Below, in pieces: positions 17,303-26,109 of a DNA stretch of 47,662 nt. The notes under the pieces are model-generated. The model saw only the letters and a program-made list of their open reading frames with translations, searched no databases and had not been told where the DNA came from. Location: assembly GCA_964611245.1 (NCBI GenBank), contig CAZSXX010000001.1, positions 5,038-52,699 of the forward strand, read 5' to 3'. Position numbers and translations under genes: made by a program. Every line of letters begins with the position of its first letter. The stretch's first letter is position 1. This stretch comes from an uncultured Verrucomicrobiota bacterium. GTDB lineage: Bacteria > Verrucomicrobiota > Verrucomicrobiia > Limisphaerales > SXQI01.

Positions 17303-18064
17303 ATGAAATATACCTACGAGGAATTGGCCAAAATGATCGACCACTCGCTCCTTCATCCCACGATGACGGACCGCGAATTGGAGGAAGGCTGCAAGGTCGC
17401 CGCCAAATACAAGGTCGCGAGCGTCTGCATCAAGCCTTACTACGTGAAGCGCGCCGTGGAACTGCTCAAAGGCTCCGGCGTTCTCGTCGGGACCGTCATT
17501 GGCTTCCCGCACGGCGGAAGCGCCACGGACGTGAAGCGGCACGAAACTGAAATCGCCTGCAAGGATGGCGCGGTGGAGATCGACATGGTCATCAACATCG
17601 GCAAGGCGCTTTCGGGCGATTGGGATTATGTCGAGGCCGATGTCCGGGCCGTCTGCGTCACCGCCCACAAGCATGGCGCGATTGTGAAGGTGATCTTCGA
17701 GAATGATTTCCTCACCGGCGACGACATCAAGGTGAAGCTCTGCCAGGTCTGCGAAAAAGCCGGGGCCGACTTCGTCAAGACGAGCACGGGCTACGGCTTC
17801 GTCAAGCAACCGGCGGGCGGCTACAATTACAAGGGCGCGACGGAGTCCGACTTGAAGCTCATGCGCGCCAATTGTTCCCCCAAGGTCCAAGTCAAGGCCG
17901 CGGGCGGGGTGCGCGACCTCGACGGGCTGGTCATGGTGCGCGACCTCGGCGGAACCCGATGCGGAGCGAGCGCCACGGTGGCCATGCTGGAGGAGTTTCA
18001 TCGGCGGGCCGCGTCCGGGGAGGCGGCCGGGAATTCGGGGAAGATTGGCGCGGGGGGATATTAG
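17303..18064 (+). CDS. deoC: Deoxyribose-phosphate aldolase
   Basis: 253 aa. 'LAKMIDHSLLHPTMTDRELEEGC', 'ASVCIKP', 'VGTVIGFPHG', 'EIDMVINIG' and Schiff-base region 'ADFVKTSTGY'. Confidence 0.9.
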   Translation: MKYTYEELAKMIDHSLLHPTMTDRELEEGCKVAAKYKVASVCIKPYYVKRAVELLKGSGVLVGTVIGFPHGGSATDVKRHETEIACKDGAVEIDMVINIGKALSGDWDYVEADVRAVCVTAHKHGAIVKVIFENDFLTGDDIKVKLCQVCEKAGADFVKTSTGYGFVKQPAGGYNYKGATESDLKLMRANCSPKVQVKAAGGVRDLDGLVMVRDLGGTRCGASATVAMLEEFHRRAASGEAAGNSGKIGAGGY

Positions 18065-18129
18065 CGGGGATGGCGCGGGGCGACGGCTCGCCCACCGCTT
18101 TTCTGTAACCGAAACGAACCTGCCTGTGT

Positions 18130-18156
18130 ATTGTCAGTTAAGATGGGACTGACAAT
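18130..18156 (+). promoter_or_regulatory. Perfect 9-bp inverted repeat (ATTGTCAGT-N9-ACTGACAAT) overlapping the start codon of the pseudopilin-like gene
   Basis: Arms at 18130-18138 and 18148-18156. The right arm contains the A and T of ATG 18155. It could be an RNA stem-loop occluding the start or a palindromic operator. Function is not established. Confidence 0.35.
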
Positions 18157-18862
18157 GAAAACACGGAATGCCCGCGGGTTCACCTTGGTCGAGCTGCTGG
18201 TGGTGATTGGAATCATCGCCATCCTGATGAGCATGCTCATGCCCGCCCTCAGCCGCGCCAAACAGAAGGGCAACAAGATCGCCTGCGTCAACAATGTCCG
18301 CCAATTGGGGCTCTCCGCGGCTCTGTACGCGGGGGATTACGACAGTGAGTTCCCGCGCCGGCTCCACATGACCAACGCGTGGATGTTCGCCCTCAAGTCC
18401 TATTATGGAAACTCCTCGCGGACCAACAACTCGACCAGCAAGGAGGGCAACAGCAAGATCCTCAAATGCCCGTCGGACAACTGGCTGGAATGGCGCAGTT
18501 TCCTGATCAATGGCTGGAATGATTATTGGGCGGCCACGCTCTCCAAGGAAAACTACGACCGCGTGATGGCATGGAACTACGAACATGGCATGAAGGACAG
18601 CGCGGTGAAGCTCCCCTCGGAAACCGTCCTGTTCGGCGAAAAGCGCCGCGGCTCCTATCACGTCCACATGGATTTCGGCCAGAACCAGGGAAATGACAGG
18701 CAGGAGGTCAACCAGAACATGCACAATCCTGGATCCAATTTCGCGTTCGTGGATGGCAGTGTCCGTTCGCTCGGCATTGGAGGGTCGGTCCGGCCCGTGA
18801 ATCTTTGGGCGATCACTGACGTGTGGCGCGGCGCCCCGGTTGACATTGAGGAAACGAAATAG
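18155..18862 (+). CDS. Prepilin-type N-terminal cleavage/methylation domain protein with H-X9-DG motif (DUF1559-like pseudopilin)
   Basis: 'MKTRNARG|[24 protein letters not shown]' is a class III signal. C-terminal '[14 protein letters not shown]' matches H-X9-DG. The track start 18131 is a TTG; ATG 18155 gives the canonical short basic leader, and ATG 18143 is an alternative. Confidence 0.85.
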   Translation: MKTRNARGFTLVELLVVIGIIAILMSMLMPALSRAKQKGNKIACVNNVRQLGLSAALYAGDYDSEFPRRLHMTNAWMFALKSYYGNSSRTNNSTSKEGNSKILKCPSDNWLEWRSFLINGWNDYWAATLSKENYDRVMAWNYEHGMKDSAVKLPSETVLFGEKRRGSYHVHMDFGQNQGNDRQEVNQNMHNPGSNFAFVDGSVRSLGIGGSVRPVNLWAITDVWRGAPVDIEETK

Positions 18863-18900
18863 GGATTTCCACCGCCGCTGGCTCGGCATAAAAACATCCA

Positions 18901-21174
18901 ATGACCGACACCCTTTCGCCGCTTTCCGGGGCGTTGACCGTCCGCCACCTCCGCCGGGACCGCGCGCTCGCCCCGGGCGGGGACCGTTTCCCGGACGTCG
19001 TCCGGAAATTCCTTCCGCTCGTGCATGGAACCGCCCTGGCGCTGATCCCGGAGAATCCTGCGGCTGCGGAAACGGTCGCGCGGGCCGTGTTCGAAACTTT
19101 GGCCATCCGGTGGCGGAGCCTTTCGCGGAAAACCGCGCTGGCCACTTGGCTGACGCGATCCACTTGGCTCGCCACCGCGCGTGAACGGAGCGCACTCGGA
19201 CTGGCGCGAAAACCGCAGACGCCCGAGGGCCAAGTGGCTTTCGCATGCGTCAAAGCGGTGACCGCGTTGAAGGCCTCTTTTGCGGACGCGGTCTTGGCCT
19301 GCCATGCCCTCAACGAACCGCTGGAGGAAGCGGCTGCGGCCCTGAGAGTCAAGCCAGCGCGCCTCGGCAAATGGCGGGCGGCTGGCGCGGCCAAGCTCAA
19401 CAAACGCCTCCAGAAAATCGCCGCCCGCCTCCAAGCTCCGCAATTTGACGCGGCGGCCTACCTGGCCGCGATGCCACTCCAGCCACCGCCGGAAATGGAA
19501 TCCGGCATCGTCGAGGCGATGGCAGCTTGGCAACGCAAAACCAAGCGGTCCCGCCTCGCCGCCAAAACAGTGGCGGCCTGGCAATGGATCGGATTCAGGC
19601 GTTTTTGCAAGGGAATTGCGGCCGGGGTCGCCATCACCCTCTGCGCGCTGGTTGGCTTCGGCCTGACGATGAAGTTCCTCATCGACGGAGGTCATTTCAA
19701 TTTGGCGTTGGCCTTCACCGAAAACATGCAAAAGGGGCTCGCCAAGGAATTCCCGGGGATGTTGGCGCCCGCGCGGCCCTGGCCGGTGACCCCGGAGGAT
19801 CGGCGGCACGCCTCATTGGCCCCACCCAAAAGCTCCGCGGAACTGTATGGCCTCACGAACATCTGGCTGGCGCGGATCATCCTCACGCCCAGCCAATGGA
19901 AAGCCATCCAGCCAAAAAGCATCCCCCCGGTGCAGAACAATGGCGGGCCACTGGCCCTGCGAAATTCCAAGGCGAGCCGCAGCGGTCTGGCTGGGGCCTT
20001 GGGCATCGATTTCCATTGGGGCGAAGGCTCCTTCGAATTCGCCGGCGAAACGTTCGACCCGGTGGGTGTCCGTTTTCGCGGCAATGGCACGTTTCTCAAC
20101 TCGCTCTTTGGCCACAAACAATCGTACAAGGTGGACCTGAACCGCGTCAAAAAAGGCCAAAGCATCGTCGGCGTCAGCACCCTGAACTTCGTCAATTCCA
20201 TTCCGGATTTCTCATACGTCAAGGATGCGCTCGCCGAGAAATTATTCCGCGAATTGGGGGCCGTCGCCCCGCGCACCGCCTATGCTTACCTGACCGTGGA
20301 CGCCCCGGGCGCGCTGACCAACCAACCCTTGGGCCTGTTCGCGCTGATCGAAAACATCGACGCGGATTTCGCGAAGGACCGGTTTGGCTCCAAGGCCGTC
20401 CCCATTTTCAAGCCGGTCGATTACAACCTCTTCTCGGACCTTGGGAAATCCTGGGAAGATTACCGGGAGATTTATGACCTGAAGACGAAGGCTACGGAGG
20501 AACAGCTCCAACGGGTCGTCGACATGGCCCACTTGGTTTCCCATGCCGGCGACGAAGAGTTCGCCACCCGACTGCCGGACTTTTTGGATTTGGAGGAGTA
20601 CGCGGCCTTCCTGGCGGGCCACGTCCTGCTGTCGAGCTACGATGGATACCTCTCGAACGGGCAGAATTTTTACATGTACTTGGACCCGCGCTCGAACAAA
20701 TTTGGTTTCATCCCATGGGACCAAGACCACGCGTGGGGCGAATTCGCCTATGTCAGCACGGCGGAAAAGCGCGAGACCGCCAGCATTTGGAAACCAGCCA
20801 GCTACAACAACAAATTCCTCGCGCGCGTCCTGAAAGTGGAGGCGTTCCGCGTGGTTTACCGGAAAAAACTCGAGGAGGCGCTTGCCGGCCCATTCACCGT
20901 CGAACGGCTGAACCGCGACGTGGACATGTTGGCGGCGGCGATTAGGCCAGCGGTGGCGGCGGAGTCCGCTTTCCGCCTCCAGCGGTTTGAGATCGCGGTG
21001 AGCACCAACTGGGTCAGCGGGCCGCGCGATGGGCACATGCACGATGGCACGGCGGAGGGCCCCCGGCGCCCCGCCCACCAAATCAAGCGGTTCATCCTCG
21101 CCCGCACACAATCGGTGCGCGACCAACTCGACGGGAAAAGCGAGGGATCCCTGATCACAGGCTTCGGAAACTGA
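18901..21174 (+). CDS. Membrane-anchored fusion: N-terminal ECF-sigma-like domain, one TM helix, C-terminal CotH kinase-family domain
   Basis: 757 aa. Region 2-like 'FLPLVHGTALALIPENPAAAETVARAVFETLAIRWRSL...LATWLTRSTWLATARE'. Region 4-like 'AVLACHALNEPLEEAAAALRVKPARLGKWRAAGAAKLNKRL'. TM 'IAAGVAITLCALVGFGLTMKFLI'. CotH-like 'QSYKVDLNR', 'YLSNGQNFYMYLDPRSNKFGFIPWDQDHAWGEF'. Confidence 0.7.
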   Translation: MTDTLSPLSGALTVRHLRRDRALAPGGDRFPDVVRKFLPLVHGTALALIPENPAAAETVARAVFETLAIRWRSLSRKTALATWLTRSTWLATARERSALGLARKPQTPEGQVAFACVKAVTALKASFADAVLACHALNEPLEEAAAALRVKPARLGKWRAAGAAKLNKRLQKIAARLQAPQFDAAAYLAAMPLQPPPEMESGIVEAMAAWQRKTKRSRLAAKTVAAWQWIGFRRFCKGIAAGVAITLCALVGFGLTMKFLIDGGHFNLALAFTENMQKGLAKEFPGMLAPARPWPVTPEDRRHASLAPPKSSAELYGLTNIWLARIILTPSQWKAIQPKSIPPVQNNGGPLALRNSKASRSGLAGALGIDFHWGEGSFEFAGETFDPVGVRFRGNGTFLNSLFGHKQSYKVDLNRVKKGQSIVGVSTLNFVNSIPDFSYVKDALAEKLFRELGAVAPRTAYAYLTVDAPGALTNQPLGLFALIENIDADFAKDRFGSKAVPIFKPVDYNLFSDLGKSWEDYREIYDLKTKATEEQLQRVVDMAHLVSHAGDEEFATRLPDFLDLEEYAAFLAGHVLLSSYDGYLSNGQNFYMYLDPRSNKFGFIPWDQDHAWGEFAYVSTAEKRETASIWKPASYNNKFLARVLKVEAFRVVYRKKLEEALAGPFTVERLNRDVDMLAAAIRPAVAAESAFRLQRFEIAVSTNWVSGPRDGHMHDGTAEGPRRPAHQIKRFILARTQSVRDQLDGKSEGSLITGFGN

Positions 21175-21211
21175 CTGATTTCCGCCTGAAAAGAGCCGTT
21201 TTCACGCGGAG

Positions 21212-21240
21212 TTGACGCCACCCGGAACGGGGCCTATCGT
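21212..21240 (+). promoter_or_regulatory. Candidate sigma70-type promoter (TTGACG-N17-TATCGT) upstream of the LapA-like gene
   Basis: TTGACG at 21212-21217, a 17-nt spacer, then TATCGT at 21235-21240. The ATG is at 21259. The site overlaps a GGGCC/GGCCC hairpin followed by a T-run (see rejected items), so its interpretation is ambiguous. Confidence 0.3.
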
Positions 21241-21258
21241 CGGCCCACTTTTTGGGGT

Positions 21259-21516
21259 ATGAACGCAAAACTTCTTTTTAAAACGATTTTCTTGATGGTC
21301 GTCCTGTTGCTGCTGGTGATGATGGGGATGAACAACCGTTCCTCCGTGTCCTTCGCCCTGCCGCCGATCATCCCGAGGGCCATTTCCCAACCCGCCGCCA
21401 TCATGTACTTCGCCTTCTTCGCTGTGGGCGTCATCACCGGCACCGTGTTGACGGCCGGCGGCGGCAAGTCCTCCGGGGGATCCCCGAGCAAACCGGCCAA
21501 ACCCTCAAAGTCCTGA
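21259..21516 (+). CDS. Small membrane protein, LapA/DUF1049-like
   Basis: 85 aa. Two hydrophobic helices ('IFLMVVLLLLVMMGM', 'AAIMYFAFFAVGVITGTVL') and a Gly/Ser/Lys/Pro-rich tail. Confidence 0.6.
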   Translation: MNAKLLFKTIFLMVVLLLLVMMGMNNRSSVSFALPPIIPRAISQPAAIMYFAFFAVGVITGTVLTAGGGKSSGGSPSKPAKPSKS

Positions 21517-21559
21517 GCAAATCATTGCCGAAGCCCGCCGAACCCTCCATACTTCGCCT

Positions 21560-22600
21560 GTGCTGTCCGGTGTTTTAGAGCGGCAGATGGCGGCGCCGCC
21601 AGAATCATTCCAGGATTTGTTCATCCAGTCGTTCCGCTGGATGGTTCTGGCGCGGGCGCTCGACGAAAAACTGGCCAGCCTTTACCGCGCCGGAAAAATT
21701 CCCGGCGGCGGCGTCTACCTCGGGCGCGGCCAGGAGGCCCTCAGCGTTGCCACGGGGATTTCGCTTCGCAAAGGGGATGTTTTCGCCCCGTTGATCCGCG
21801 ATGGGGCCGGGCGGCTCGCCTTCGCCGAAACTGTCCTGGAGGCGGTCCGGACCTGCCTGGGCTCCCCCCTCGGCCCCATGCGCGCCCGCGACGGCAACGT
21901 GCATCGCGGCAAACCCCGCGAGGGATACCTTCCGATGATCAGCCATCTCGGCGCGATGATTTCCGTGGTCAATGGGGTCCTCATGGCGCACCGGTTCAAG
22001 GGAAAAACCGGAACGGTCGGCGCGGCCTCCATCGGCGAAGGCGGCACCTCCACGGGGGCCTGCCACGAAGCGTTGAACCAGGCCGCTGTCGAAAAACTGC
22101 CGCTGGTCCTGGTCGTGGCGGACAATCAATACGCTTATTCGACCCCAAACACCCGGCAGTTCGCTTGCCGCACGCTGGTGGACCGCGCGATTGGTTACGG
22201 CGTCGAGGGCCACTCGGTGGACGGGACCGACCTCGCGGATTGCCTGAGAACGATTGGGGCGGCCGTGGACAAGGCCCGCGCGGGCGGAGGTCCCCAACTG
22301 GTGGTCGCGACCCTGCTTCGCTTGTGCGGCCACGGCGAGCATGACGACGCCAGCTACATCCGCGCCGACCAAAAAAACTCCGATTTGGGGCGCGACTGCG
22401 TGGAGATCGCCCGCCGGGAGCTTTTGGAAAACCAGTGGGCCACCGAAGCGCAGTTCGAGCAGTGGCAAGCCGAATCCTCGGCCCAGATCGAGGAGGCCGT
22501 CTCCGTCGCGCAGAAGGATCTCAGCCCGGATCCCGCGCGGGAGGAGTGGTGCGCGCTTTCCTGCAAGCGCCTTTCGGGCACGTTTGACTCCACGCCGTGA
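21560..22600 (+). CDS. Thiamine-diphosphate-dependent 2-oxoacid dehydrogenase E1 alpha subunit (pyruvate/acetoin/branched-chain type)
   Basis: 346 aa from GTG 21560; an in-frame ATG at 21587 is an alternative start. TPP-binding region 'GAASIGEGGTSTGACHEALNQAAVEKLPLVLVVADNQYA'. Confidence 0.85.
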   Translation: MLSGVLERQMAAPPESFQDLFIQSFRWMVLARALDEKLASLYRAGKIPGGGVYLGRGQEALSVATGISLRKGDVFAPLIRDGAGRLAFAETVLEAVRTCLGSPLGPMRARDGNVHRGKPREGYLPMISHLGAMISVVNGVLMAHRFKGKTGTVGAASIGEGGTSTGACHEALNQAAVEKLPLVLVVADNQYAYSTPNTRQFACRTLVDRAIGYGVEGHSVDGTDLADCLRTIGAAVDKARAGGGPQLVVATLLRLCGHGEHDDASYIRADQKNSDLGRDCVEIARRELLENQWATEAQFEQWQAESSAQIEEAVSVAQKDLSPDPAREEWCALSCKRLSGTFDSTP

Positions 22601-22601
22601 C

Positions 22602-23567
22602 ATGAGCATCACTTACCTCGACGCCATCCGTGAAGCGCAGGCGCGGGCGCTGCGGGAAGACCCCCGCGTTTATATTTATGGGCAGGACGTCGGCGCCTTT
22701 GGCGGGGCGTTCAAGGCCACCAAAGGGCTCGCCAAGGAATTTCCCGGCCGCGTGCTGGACGCGCCCATCAGCGAGGACGCGATCATCGGATCGGCCATCG
22801 GCGCGACGATTGAGGGGTTGCGGCCCATCATCGAAATGCAGTTCGCCGATTTTTCGACGCCGGGCCTGAACCAGATCATCAACCACGCGGCCACCCTTTA
22901 TTGGCGGACGCAGGTCCCCTGCCCCATCGTCATCCGCATGCCCTCCGGCGGGACCTCCGGCAGCGGCCCATTCCACAGTCAAAGTCTGGAGGCGCTCTAT
23001 GCGCATTACCCCGGGTTGATCGTGATGACCCCCGCCACGGTCGAGGACGCCTACAGCATGCTGCTGGAAGCCGTCGCGATCGATGATCCGGTCATCTTTT
23101 GCGAGCACAAGTTCCTCTATTACCACCTGAAGGCCGACCGGCTGCCGGATGAAGCCATGCCCGTGGGCAAGGCGCGGATCGCCCGCCCCGGCCGAGACGC
23201 CACCATCGTGGCCTACAGCGCGATGGTGCATGAGGCCTTGGCCGTCGCGGACGAGATGGCGGCGGATGGGGTGCAACTGGAGGTGGTTGACCTGCGCTCG
23301 GTCAAGCCGCTGGACACGGACACGATCATCGCTTCGGTGGCCCGCACGGGCCGGGTGCTTTGCGTGGGCGAAGCGTTCCCGTGGGGTGGGGTGACGGCCG
23401 AGGTGGTCGCCCGCATCGCGTCGGAGGGGTTCGGCCTGCTGGATGCCCCGCCGCAGCGATTGAACGCGAAGGACACTCCCATCCCCTTTCATCCCAACCT
23501 GTGGTCCACCCATCGGCCCACCGCGCGCAGCATCGCCGACGCCGTGCGCAACTTGCTCCGCCTCTGA
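22602..23567 (+). CDS. 2-oxoacid dehydrogenase E1 beta subunit
   Basis: Real start is ATG 22602, 1 nt after the E1 alpha stop. 'MSITYLDAIREAQARALREDPRVYIYGQDVGAFGGAFKATKGL...DAPISEDAIIGSAIGA'. The upstream part of track ORF 22254 is out of context. Confidence 0.9.
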   Translation: MSITYLDAIREAQARALREDPRVYIYGQDVGAFGGAFKATKGLAKEFPGRVLDAPISEDAIIGSAIGATIEGLRPIIEMQFADFSTPGLNQIINHAATLYWRTQVPCPIVIRMPSGGTSGSGPFHSQSLEALYAHYPGLIVMTPATVEDAYSMLLEAVAIDDPVIFCEHKFLYYHLKADRLPDEAMPVGKARIARPGRDATIVAYSAMVHEALAVADEMAADGVQLEVVDLRSVKPLDTDTIIASVARTGRVLCVGEAFPWGGVTAEVVARIASEGFGLLDAPPQRLNAKDTPIPFHPNLWSTHRPTARSIADAVRNLLRL

Positions 23568-23569
23568 TT

Positions 23570-24748
23570 ATGGCCCTAGTTCCAATCATCCTCCCCCAAC
23601 TCGGCGAATCGATCGCCGAGGCGACCGTGGTCAGCATCGCCGTCAGTGTCGGCGACAAAGTCGATGTGGACCAGAATGTGATGGAGGTGGAAACAACCAA
23701 GGCGGCCACCCATGTCACCTCGCCCGCCACCGGCATTGTCCGTCGCATCGCCGCGGTCCCCGGCCAGAGCTACGTGGTGGGGGCGGAGTTGGCGCAACTG
23801 GAGGTGGAGGACCAAGAGGCCGCGCCTTCCAACGGCTCGCACTTTTCGTCGCCCCAGGACGCCGGCGCCCAGCCCATCGCGGCCCGGCCAATGGGCGTGG
23901 AGCCAACCGTGAGCAGCCTCCCGGTGCCGGCCCAGGCCGGCGGAGCCAGCTTCATGTCCCCGCGCATGAAGGCCCGCATGCACGAACTCGGATTGCACGC
24001 CGCCGACCTCGCCGGCGTGGCGGGCAGCGGCGCGGGCGGCCGGGTGACCATCCAGGATTTCGAGAAATTCATCTCCAACCTCGAAAAGCACCGCACCTCG
24101 CAGGCTTCGTCGATGCGGGTCGCCGTGGCGGACGCGATGCGCCGAAGCTGGACGCGGCCCCTGGCCACGGTCGCGCTCCCCATCACGCTCGATCCCGTGC
24201 TGGCCCACCGGCGGCAAAGCGACCCAAAGCCCGGCCCCGCCCTCTACGCGCTGCGCGCCTTGGCCATCGCCCTGGCCGAGAACAGCGCCCCCGCCGGGCG
24301 CCTCGTCGGAAACCACATTGTCCACCCCGCCGCGATCGACGTTGGTTTTGCGGTCGAAGCGGAGGATGGCGTCCTGGTCCCCGTGCTGCGCAACGCCGAC
24401 AAAAAGCCGCTCCAGGAACTCGTGGGGCGTTACAACCAACTGGTGGACCTCGCGCGCCAGCGAAAACTGCCGCTCGACGCGCAGGGCGGATCAATCGCCA
24501 CCGTCACCAATTTTGGGACGTTCGGGCTGACTTGGGCCACGCCGATCCCCTTGCCGGAGCAGACCCTTGTCCTCGGGATGGGCGCCGGGAAGCGGGTCCC
24601 GTTTTGGGACGACGCGAAAGGCCAGTTTGTCCCCGTCATGGAGGCCAACCTGACCTTGAGCTTCGATCATCGCGTCCTTGACGGCGGCGGGGCTGGCCGG
24701 TTGCTCGCCCGCATCGCCGCGTTGATGGCCGAGCCGGAGAAGCTCTAA
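23570..24748 (+). CDS. Dihydrolipoamide acyltransferase (E2) of the 2-oxoacid dehydrogenase complex
   Basis: Start is ATG 23570. Lipoyl domain 'VMEVETTKAATHVTSPATG', E3/E1-binding domain 'SPRMKARMHELGLHAADLAGVAGSGAGGRVTIQDFEKF', catalytic 'SFDHRVLDGG'. Confidence 0.9.
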   Translation: MALVPIILPQLGESIAEATVVSIAVSVGDKVDVDQNVMEVETTKAATHVTSPATGIVRRIAAVPGQSYVVGAELAQLEVEDQEAAPSNGSHFSSPQDAGAQPIAARPMGVEPTVSSLPVPAQAGGASFMSPRMKARMHELGLHAADLAGVAGSGAGGRVTIQDFEKFISNLEKHRTSQASSMRVAVADAMRRSWTRPLATVALPITLDPVLAHRRQSDPKPGPALYALRALAIALAENSAPAGRLVGNHIVHPAAIDVGFAVEAEDGVLVPVLRNADKKPLQELVGRYNQLVDLARQRKLPLDAQGGSIATVTNFGTFGLTWATPIPLPEQTLVLGMGAGKRVPFWDDAKGQFVPVMEANLTLSFDHRVLDGGGAGRLLARIAALMAEPEKL

Positions 24749-26109
24749 TCCGCGCCCTCGCGAAAGTCCCCGGGAATCTCCGGCGCGCGCGTGAACTCGA
24801 GCTTGGAAATGGTCCGCCCATCGGCCTCCATGACCTTCAGCGAGCCGCTGGCCAGGACCAGGACGTCGCCAACTTTCGGGAAACCCCCGAGGCGCTGCGT
24901 CACAAACCCGCTGGCCGTCACAATTCCTTCCTCGTCCAACGGCTCCCCCACCATTTCAGCCAAGTCATGCAGCGGAAGATTGCCCTGGATTTCCCAAGTG
25001 TTCTCCCGGACCAGCAGGGCCATCGGATTCTCCTGGTCAAACTCGTCCTGAATCTGGCCCACCAGCTCCTCGAGGATGTTCTCGAGCGTGACCATTCCAA
25101 TGACGCCGCCATACTCATCGACCACGAAGGCCATGTGCAATCTCCGCTCGAGCAACAACTGCAACACCCGTTCCAAGCGGGCGGTGGGGGGCACAAAAAC
25201 GATCTTCCGCGCGAAGGGAAGGAGGTCATGGGCCGATTTCGCGCGGAGGCGAAGTGCGACCAAGTCTTTGAAATGAACGACGCCGCGCACCCGGTCCAAC
25301 TCGCCGCCTTCGCAAATCGGCAGCCTGGAGTACCGTGATTTCTCCGCCACATCCAGGCAATCCGCCATGGTCGCCTCCGAGTTGAGGTAAACGATTTCAT
25401 GGCGCGGTCGCATGACCTCCCGGGCCCGGCGGCGATGCAGGTCCATTGCGTTGAGAACAATGGTCCGGCCCAGGTCGGTGGCGCCGGAGTGGCGCTGCGC
25501 GGTGGAAACCATCACCCGCAATTCGTCGTGCGAATGCGAGGAGGAATGCTCCCCGGCCGGCTCCACCCCGAACTGGCGCAGGAGCCATAGGGAGGCATGG
25601 TTGAGGCCCCAAATGAAGGGATACGAGGCTTGGTGGAACCACTTCAAGGGATAGGCCGCGAACAGGGAGGTGGGAAGCGGCCGCTGGATGGCCAGCCATT
25701 TGGGCGCCTGCTCCCCGGCCACGATGTGCAGGAAGGTGAGGGCGCTGAACCCAACCATGAACGACAGGGTGTGCCTCACTTCCGGCGACTCGATTTTGAG
25801 GGCGTCCAGCACAGGCGTGAGCAACGCGCTGAACACCGGCTCGCCCACCCATCCCAGCGCGAGGCTCGCCAGGGTGATGCCCAACTGGCAGGCGCTCAAC
25901 GAGGCGTCCAGATTCTCGAGAATCTTGCGCGTGGCCCGCGCCGCCCGGTTCCCCTTTCGGATCAGGGGGTCCAACTGCGAGTCCCGTATTTTCACCAAGG
26001 CGAATTCCGCCGCGACAAAAAAACCGTTCACCAGCACCAGCACCAACACGGCCAAGAGTTTCAGCATGATCGCGCCGGCCGACTCCGCATGGGGGATCGT
26101 GGCGTCCAT
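24745..26109 (-). CDS. CNNM/DUF21 transmembrane domain, CBS pair and CorC_HlyC domain protein (CorB/TlyC-like)
   Basis: 454 aa. 'VLVLVNGFFVAAEFALVKIR' marks the DUF21 start. CBS region 'RAREVMRPRHEIVYL'. C-terminal 'LPLHDLAEMVGEPLDEEGIVTASGFVTQRLGGFPKVGDV'. Confidence 0.88.
   Translation of the reverse strand: MDATIPHAESAGAIMLKLLAVLVLVLVNGFFVAAEFALVKIRDSQLDPLIRKGNRAARATRKILENLDASLSACQLGITLASLALGWVGEPVFSALLTPVLDALKIESPEVRHTLSFMVGFSALTFLHIVAGEQAPKWLAIQRPLPTSLFAAYPLKWFHQASYPFIWGLNHASLWLLRQFGVEPAGEHSSSHSHDELRVMVSTAQRHSGATDLGRTIVLNAMDLHRRRAREVMRPRHEIVYLNSEATMADCLDVAEKSRYSRLPICEGGELDRVRGVVHFKDLVALRLRAKSAHDLLPFARKIVFVPPTARLERVLQLLLERRLHMAFVVDEYGGVIGMVTLENILEELVGQIQDEFDQENPMALLVRENTWEIQGNLPLHDLAEMVGEPLDEEGIVTASGFVTQRLGGFPKVGDVLVLASGSLKVMEADGRTISKLEFTRAPEIPGDFREGAD

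Noticed and set aside
21230-21253. GGGCC-tatcgtc-GGCCC hairpin followed by ACTTTTT as an intrinsic terminator for the CotH-fusion gene.
   Set aside because: The stem is only 5 bp. The element overlaps the -10 element of a promoter-like motif and ends 6 nt before the next ATG. It is too weak and ambiguous to call.
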